Shown here one piece after another: positions 31,934 to 36,236 of a stretch of 36,236 nucleotides of DNA. The first letter of the stretch is position 1; each line of letters begins with the position of its first letter. The stretch spans positions 1-36,236 of IMG/VR virus record IMGVR_UViG_3300002098_002199; one strand, given 5' to 3'. Source of the DNA: a virus. Its lineage: Duplodnaviria; Caudoviricetes. Made by a program: the position numbers and the translations under genes. The notes beneath the pieces were generated by a model. It was not told the DNA's origin and did not search any database. It saw nothing but the letters and a program-made list of their open reading frames with translations.

Positions 31934-32127
31934 GGCTTCCCCTTCTCGATCATTTGCGCCACATGATCGGCAGCGCCCATCCATGGCCGGTTGTTGTTGC
32001 CGTTCGGAAGATTCGCGGCCCTATTCCGCAACGACCGAACGACGGCTTTCAACGTGAAGATGTCCAGCCCCGCCTCGGGGTCGGTCTGTTGCCGAACGAT
32101 TGCCGACCATTCCTCCGGAGTCATCAC
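31930..32127 (-). CDS. Hypothetical protein, 65 aa
   Basis: Coupled to both neighbours. Confidence 0.6.
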   Translation of the reverse strand: MMTPEEWSAIVRQQTDPEAGLDIFTLKAVVRSLRNRAANLPNGNNNRPWMGAADHVAQMIEKGKP

Positions 32128-32264
32128 TGGAACACCACCCCCGCGAGCAGCATCACAACGAGTGTTGCGACCGCATACGAAAGGGACGCGACCGTGAGCA
32201 GTGCCAGGACGATTGCAGTCCGTGAGACACAGACCGGGGGCTTGTAGTTCGTGCGCTTCTTCAT
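32124..32264 (-). CDS. 46-aa single-TM peptide (not in ORF track)
   Basis: MKKRTNYKPPVCVSRTAIVLALLTVASLSYAVATLVVMLLAGVVFQ; ATGA-coupled to the antirepressor. Confidence 0.55.
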   Translation of the reverse strand: MKKRTNYKPPVCVSRTAIVLALLTVASLSYAVATLVVMLLAGVVFQ

Positions 32265-33085
32265 GCTGTTACCGCCTTTAGACCGGTAATGAATCGTCGC
32301 CGGATGCTGGGCAAAGCCTCAGACCGGATGTACAGGGTTTGCTTGACCTGCCCGTTGTGATGACGCGGGGCATTATGTTGTGGCATCAACCGGAACTGCT
32401 CAGAATGTGTGGACTTCGCCCGATATTCGGACTCCTCAACCAACCGGCCACTAGATTTCGACCAGCGGTGCCCTATGATCACCCGGTAAATCCATCCGGC
32501 GCCCAACATTTGGGTGCGCAGCTCACCGACCGGAATTCCCAAAGCAGACGCGGCAACCGTGAACAGCACCACATCATCCGAGTCAACGAACTCGTCAACG
32601 TAGGCAACCTTTGGGGCATCAGCGGCAACCTTCGCCGTCAACACCAGGTTCGCTTCTTCCCTCATCAGGAGGGCACGGAGAGCGGAAACGAAGTCGGTGG
32701 GCAGTTCTTCCGCTAGTTCTTGCTTCCGGGTTTGGATTGCGAAGTATTGCTGAATGGCCGCGATCTCAGGTTTCGAGCTGTCGGCGTTCTGGAAGAGGAT
32801 GTAGGAGCCGTACCGGGTCAGTTCGACATCTTCCACATGTCGCTTGCCTCCCTTGCCAAGCTCGATCATTTTCGTGACCCCACGAAAATGATCTGAGGCA
32901 TCAAGCCCGGTCGCATTGACCGACTGAATCGCCCGGTTGATTGCCTTCGAAAAGTTCTCCCAGCGGTCGTAACCGCTCAGACCCATCAGGTCTCGTGCGC
33001 TCCACACCTCACCATCGGTAAGGGTGATTACTTTCAGCCCGTCAAGCCTTTCGGCGTAACTGCTGGTATTCTCAATTTCTGACAT
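32261..33085 (-). CDS. Antirepressor-like protein: DinD/Bro-N-type N-domain plus ANT/KilAC C-domain
   Basis: WSARDL..GY-x-x-W-x-NF..RA, LTRY..N-x-D-x-x-K-x-EIA..YFA-x-QTR-x-QE; then APKV-x-Y-x-D..HNGQV-x-QTLY. Confidence 0.85.
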   Translation of the reverse strand: MSEIENTSSYAERLDGLKVITLTDGEVWSARDLMGLSGYDRWENFSKAINRAIQSVNATGLDASDHFRGVTKMIELGKGGKRHVEDVELTRYGSYILFQNADSSKPEIAAIQQYFAIQTRKQELAEELPTDFVSALRALLMREEANLVLTAKVAADAPKVAYVDEFVDSDDVVLFTVAASALGIPVGELRTQMLGAGWIYRVIIGHRWSKSSGRLVEESEYRAKSTHSEQFRLMPQHNAPRHHNGQVKQTLYIRSEALPSIRRRFITGLKAVTA

Positions 33086-33110
33086 GTAGTTTCTCGCTTT
33101 CGTGTTATCG

Positions 33111-33136
33111 CCCGCCAGCTGTAACTGGCGGGTTTT
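33111..33136 (+). terminator. Terminator-like hairpin oriented antisense to the early operon
   Basis: CCCGCCAG-CTGTAA-CTGGCGGG followed by TTTT on +; no U-tract on -. Confidence 0.55.
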
Positions 33137-33379
33137 CTATTTCAGGTCTGAGATTGCGTGTGCCCGGTCCCACTTGCGCAGGAGCTTCGAGGGCCGTTTA
33201 CGTTTCGTCACCGTCACTTCGTAGGTCTTGCCTGAGCTATCACGCCGGGTGACCGTCCGTTCAGTGGTCTCGTCCTCGATGAACAGGTGCGCGACACGGG
33301 AAACGTTCGCCGCGTGCTGTGCCTCATTCGCTGTACGCCGAGCCAACTTGAACGGGTTCGGCTTCTTCTCTGCCTTCAT
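33137..33379 (-). CDS. Basic hypothetical protein, 80 aa
   Basis: SD GAAAGGA, ATG; Lys/Arg-rich. Confidence 0.65.
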   Translation of the reverse strand: MKAEKKPNPFKLARRTANEAQHAANVSRVAHLFIEDETTERTVTRRDSSGKTYEVTVTKRKRPSKLLRKWDRAHAISDLK

Positions 33380-33612
33380 GCGATGTCCTTTCGTGACATT
33401 CGGTTACTACGAGTGCGCCGCCGGGTGATACTCCCGGAATACCGATCTCAGGCTCGGCGCTGACTGGATTACGGGCCAGCCCCCGATTGATCCCGTAACG
33501 CCGGGAGCCACAAAGACCCCATTTACGCGCACCGTCAGATACCCACCTCTATGCAGTCGCCCCCGCAATGCCGGGAAGCCACACAGCCGAAGCTTGTGAG
33601 GTGGTCTTTCAA

Positions 33613-33633
33613 CGCTGTTGAGTTCTCAAAGGT
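33613..33633 (-). promoter_or_regulatory. boxA-like antitermination element ACCTTTGAGAACTCAACAGCG
   Basis: Matches the TTTGAGAACTCAA core of actinobacterial rrn leader/spacer boxA; in a non-coding part of the early operon. Confidence 0.6.
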
Positions 33634-33726
33634 CATGCGCGACCAGGCCGACGTGCGCCCGGTGCTGATCCAGCCCGCGAAGGGTGGAAAGAAGAGGGGA
33701 ATTAGGGGCTAGGTAGACTCAGCCGC

Positions 33727-34350
33727 ATGGAAATGAGCATCTGGATTGGCTTGGCGGCATTAGCCCTGTCCTTGCCCGCGATCATGTTGGCCACATGGCA
33801 AGTTGTTCGACAGGAACAATCACTGGCCCGGCGCGCGTGGCACGTCCTCAGGCTCGACCACAACGAAGTGGCACCCGGACGACGCGGCATCGAAATCGAA
33901 CTGTCCATCAGCGGCCCCTCCGTTCTGTTTGAGGTGGACCCGTTCACCCACGGAGGGATGACGCTGCACGCTATGAGCGAACCGACCGCCCGCGTGGACT
34001 GCACAACCCCGCCCATACGGCTTGTTGCCGACATCGTGCTCACCGACGACACCGATTCCGATTCGTGGTTCGGAGTCATTTGGCGCACTTCCCGCAGATC
34101 GGGGCGTACCCACGTCGAGGAAGCGCTTCGCGTGCATCTACGAACCGGTCAGATTCAGCACTGGCTTTGGTCGCGTCGGCTGGTTCCGTTGACCTGGCGG
34201 CACCGCCCATCTGGACGGTGGGGAGTTCGAAAGCACTGGCTCGGGAAACCCCAGTACGACATTCCCGGTCTTGATGAGTCATTCCTTCGGGAACGCGAGC
34301 GTGAAGCACAGCAGCGGCGACTCGTGACGTGGCCACCGAGAAGACATTGA
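33727..34350 (+). CDS. Membrane-anchored hypothetical protein on the opposite strand (moron), 207 aa
   Basis: N-terminal TM helix (IWIGLAALALSLPAIMLATW); -10 TAGACT 7 nt before the ATG. Confidence 0.7.
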   Translation: MEMSIWIGLAALALSLPAIMLATWQVVRQEQSLARRAWHVLRLDHNEVAPGRRGIEIELSISGPSVLFEVDPFTHGGMTLHAMSEPTARVDCTTPPIRLVADIVLTDDTDSDSWFGVIWRTSRRSGRTHVEEALRVHLRTGQIQHWLWSRRLVPLTWRHRPSGRWGVRKHWLGKPQYDIPGLDESFLREREREAQQRRLVTWPPRRH

Positions 34351-34368
34351 GGACACGACTGGTGGCGC

Positions 34369-34644
34369 TCATGATGCAACCGCCCCCTGCATCTGCTCGC
34401 CAGGAACATCGACCGGGGCAACATGTAGGTTCTGCAACTGCATACGTGTCGCGAAGTTCCGTTCGTCAAGCTCGGTGCGGAGATTCTTCTCGGAACCGGC
34501 ACGCTCTGACGCATCCTGACGTTCAGCAACAACCGGGCCGAGCAACAGGGTCGCGATCTGATCAGCAACCACACGCCCGAACACAGGCTCGCAATGGCCC
34601 TGAATGCGCTGCCAAATAGTCCGGTTACGGTCCACGGCGCTCAT
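34369..34644 (-). CDS. Hypothetical protein, 91 aa
   Basis: Start MSAVDRN at 34644, ATGA-coupled to the antirepressor. Confidence 0.55.
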   Translation of the reverse strand: MSAVDRNRTIWQRIQGHCEPVFGRVVADQIATLLLGPVVAERQDASERAGSEKNLRTELDERNFATRMQLQNLHVAPVDVPGEQMQGAVAS

Positions 34645-35363
34645 GATGCGACCGCCGTGAACAGTTCGATTCCAGCTTTCATAAGAACCTTCATGATTGC
34701 TTCGGGGCGTACCCGAGCTGTTTCGGAAACATGCGCAATGCCGTCCTTGTCTTCCCACGTACCGGTGGTGATTTTGAACCAGTGCAAATACCGCTGCATG
34801 GGCAGGCGACCGCCACGGGTTATGACCCCGGCATCGCGTAGGCGTGTGAACAGGGTGGTGCGACCGATCCCGCCGAGTTTCGCGGCAGCTTCCATCGAGT
34901 AGTACCCCTCGGCGTCCATCAGTTGGTCGTAGGCAGCAACTTTTGGGGCTTCGATTGCGGCTCGCGCTTCGAGTGCTTCGACTTTGCGAATCTCTGACGC
35001 GGCAAGCTCAAGGGCCTCAGCGAAGTTCGTGGGGAGTGCCGACCCGAAATGACCGGTACGGCGGATCGTGGGGAGAACCTCGTGAGTGAGCCACCGTTTG
35101 AACGCCTTCGCCTCAGGCTTACGTGAACGCAAGATGAGCGAGTACATGCCGGATTCGTTGATAACGGCGACTGATTGCGCCCCACCAAGGGTGTCCACAG
35201 TGTGTACCCCCTTCTCGTCATCATCGAGAAGAGCTAGCGAAGTGCGCGGGTTGCCAAGATCAAGGATTACCGCGACATCGTTAGCCACGAACCATGGCTC
35301 ACCATCCACGATGACTGTTCGGACTTGCTGTCCCGCGTACTGGAAGATGTCGACAGTGGTCAT
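34641..35363 (-). CDS. Phage antirepressor (Bro-N plus ANT/KilAC), 240 aa
   Basis: Start MTTVDIF at 35363; VR-x-V-x-x-DGEPWFVA-x-DV, INESG-x-Y-x-LI-x-x-SRKPEAK-x-FKRW-x-T-x-EVLP-x-IR. Confidence 0.92.
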   Translation of the reverse strand: MTTVDIFQYAGQQVRTVIVDGEPWFVANDVAVILDLGNPRTSLALLDDDEKGVHTVDTLGGAQSVAVINESGMYSLILRSRKPEAKAFKRWLTHEVLPTIRRTGHFGSALPTNFAEALELAASEIRKVEALEARAAIEAPKVAAYDQLMDAEGYYSMEAAAKLGGIGRTTLFTRLRDAGVITRGGRLPMQRYLHWFKITTGTWEDKDGIAHVSETARVRPEAIMKVLMKAGIELFTAVAS

Positions 35364-35590
35364 GATGCACTCCGAATCAGTTTGAGCTTCCGTGGTTTCG
35401 CGAGATGCTCGCAAAGCTGGCCAGACATCCACGGTTCAATGCAGGCGACCGGGATCAACCAACTGCCGTTCGGTACTCGCTGGATGCCGTGCATTTCGCC
35501 GTGGGCGAGTGCTGAACGGATCGTGACCGGGTGCCGATGGGCAACCTCGGCTGCCTCTTTCGGGGTCAGGTATTCGACCGGGTATGTCAT
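35360..35590 (-). CDS. Excisionase-like HTH (HTH_17/MerR-type) protein
   Basis: YLT-x-x-EAA..HP-x-TI..G-x-x-HG-x-Q..W-x-I motif; second gene of the early operon. Confidence 0.8.
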   Translation of the reverse strand: MTYPVEYLTPKEAAEVAHRHPVTIRSALAHGEMHGIQRVPNGSWLIPVACIEPWMSGQLCEHLAKPRKLKLIRSAS

Positions 35591-35820
35591 GAGGTGACCT
35601 CGTTCGGCACGATTGAGTGAATGCTCACTTGGAAGTGGGCGGCGATTGCCTGCACCTCGTCCAGGTTGAACGGTGTTGTGCTGGTGCCTGAGATTCGGCG
35701 GTTGAATGTTTCAACTGGCATGCCTGCGCCGATGGCGACTGTGCGCTTATTGGTCCCGTGTTTGTCGATCAGGTGCACGACGTTGCGGACGACTTCTTTG
35801 GCGAGTGCGGAGTTGCTCAT
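35587..35820 (-). CDS. Cro-like XRE HTH regulator
   Basis: VA-x-x-AGM-x-x-x-TF-x-RR..F-x-L-x-E-x-x-x-IA; divergent from the repressor. Confidence 0.85.
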   Translation of the reverse strand: MSNSALAKEVVRNVVHLIDKHGTNKRTVAIGAGMPVETFNRRISGTSTTPFNLDEVQAIAAHFQVSIHSIVPNEVTS

Positions 35821-35826
35821 AACTCG

Positions 35827-35980
35827 ACGCTAGCACCATTTGGTTTAGAAACTAGACCATTTGGTTAAGTCATTAGCGTGTCGGAAAAGAAAGCTACCCT
35901 CCAAATACTTCGAGGATTTGTCGTATCGCGTATAGATATCCACACCAAATGGGTTATTTATCGCCTAAACGGTGTAAAGT
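35827..35980. promoter_or_regulatory. Immunity switch: divergent leaderless promoters and four operator-like sites
   Basis: -10 TAGCGT (-, 35827-35832) 6 nt before cro ATG; -10 TAAAGT (+, 35975-35980) 7 nt before repressor ATG; ACCATTTGGT at 35835 and 35856, ACCAAATGGG at 35944, degenerate CCTAAACGGT at 35964. Confidence 0.7.
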
Positions 35981-35987
35981 TCACGCC

Positions 35988-36236
35988 ATGGAGAGAACAA
36001 ACACGCTGAATGGTGCGGTCGCCATTGAGTTGGTCGCATCATTGGCAGAAGCAAACATGACCCGAGTGCAACTCGCAGAAAAAACCGGACTGCACCCAGT
36101 AACAATTACCCGCCTGCTGAAAAATCAGCGCCCCATCGACCTCGAAGTATTCGGTCGGTTTGCCGAAGCGATCGGCTTCAACCCGCGAGACCTAATTGAG
36201 CGTGCTGAACGTCGCATCAAGCGGAACGCCGACTGA
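35988..36236 (+). CDS. Immunity repressor (cI-like XRE HTH), 82 aa
   Basis: Likely start ATG 35988; MT-x-x-QLAEKTGL-x-x-x-TI-x-RL-x-x-x-x-R-x-I; divergent from cro. Confidence 0.85.
   Translation: MERTNTLNGAVAIELVASLAEANMTRVQLAEKTGLHPVTITRLLKNQRPIDLEVFGRFAEAIGFNPRDLIERAERRIKRNAD

Larger units (their letters stand above)
1..36236. mobile_element. Temperate siphovirus prophage (integrase and att sites outside the window)
   Basis: Syntenic immunity-replication-packaging-head-tail-lysis gene order, with the packaging site internal as expected for an integrated genome. Confidence 0.95.

Noticed and set aside
33410-33475. tRNA 3'-half-like hairpin (CCGGG..CCCGGCGGCGCAC)
   Set aside because: Loop is AGTATCA rather than TTCRAAT and no cloverleaf can be built; treated as part of the structured leader.
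34076-34372. 98-aa - strand ORF ATGA-coupled to 34369..34644
   Set aside because: Almost wholly overlaps the better-supported + strand membrane gene; may be a remnant interrupted by that insertion but cannot be supported as a gene.
10023-35987. N-terminal extensions in the ORF track (10023, 12268, 14255, 19568, 19884, 25713, 26675, 29627, 29803, 30791, 34758, 35432, 35949)
   Set aside because: Downstream starts have an SD, a stop-start overlap or a leaderless -10 and avoid long overlaps; the shorter coordinates were used.
1-36236. Integrase and attL/attR
   Set aside because: No tyrosine or serine recombinase ORF and no terminal direct repeat found; expected beyond the window edges.

Overview
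The window holds most of a temperate siphovirus (prophage) genome, probably from an actinobacterial host. Microbacteriaceae-like is inferred from gene content and moderately high GC. Nearly all genes lie on the - strand. Read right to left they are: the immunity switch (cI-like repressor on +, cro-like on -, four operator-like repeats); an excisionase-like HTH; two antirepressors; RecE-like exonuclease plus partner; RusA; HNH; RepA-like initiator, loader and SSB; and a run of small mosaic ORFs. A putative late regulator and a T5orf172/GIY-YIG gene follow, then a strong late promoter with an immediate terminator, a metallophosphoesterase, the packaging HNH, a probable cos region and a stand-alone Zn-finger/primase-polymerase gene. 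The rest is terminase, portal, head, neck and tail genes (tail assembly chaperone with -1 frameshift, tape measure, Dit, Tal, fibres), a lysis cassette and terminal accessory genes (a non-canonical HicA/HicB-like pair and a DUF2637-like membrane protein). No integrase, att site, tRNA, CRISPR array or reverse transcriptase is visible. The most notable signals are the HicAB-like pair, the separately promoted primase-polymerase next to the genome end, six genes with a leaderless promoter signature, several cis-acting RNA elements (a shared double hairpin at terS and scaffold, a pseudoknot at the chaperone RBS, a boxA-like site, a Sar-like antisense candidate) and small unlisted ORFs. Family assignments come from motif recognition by eye; no database search was run.
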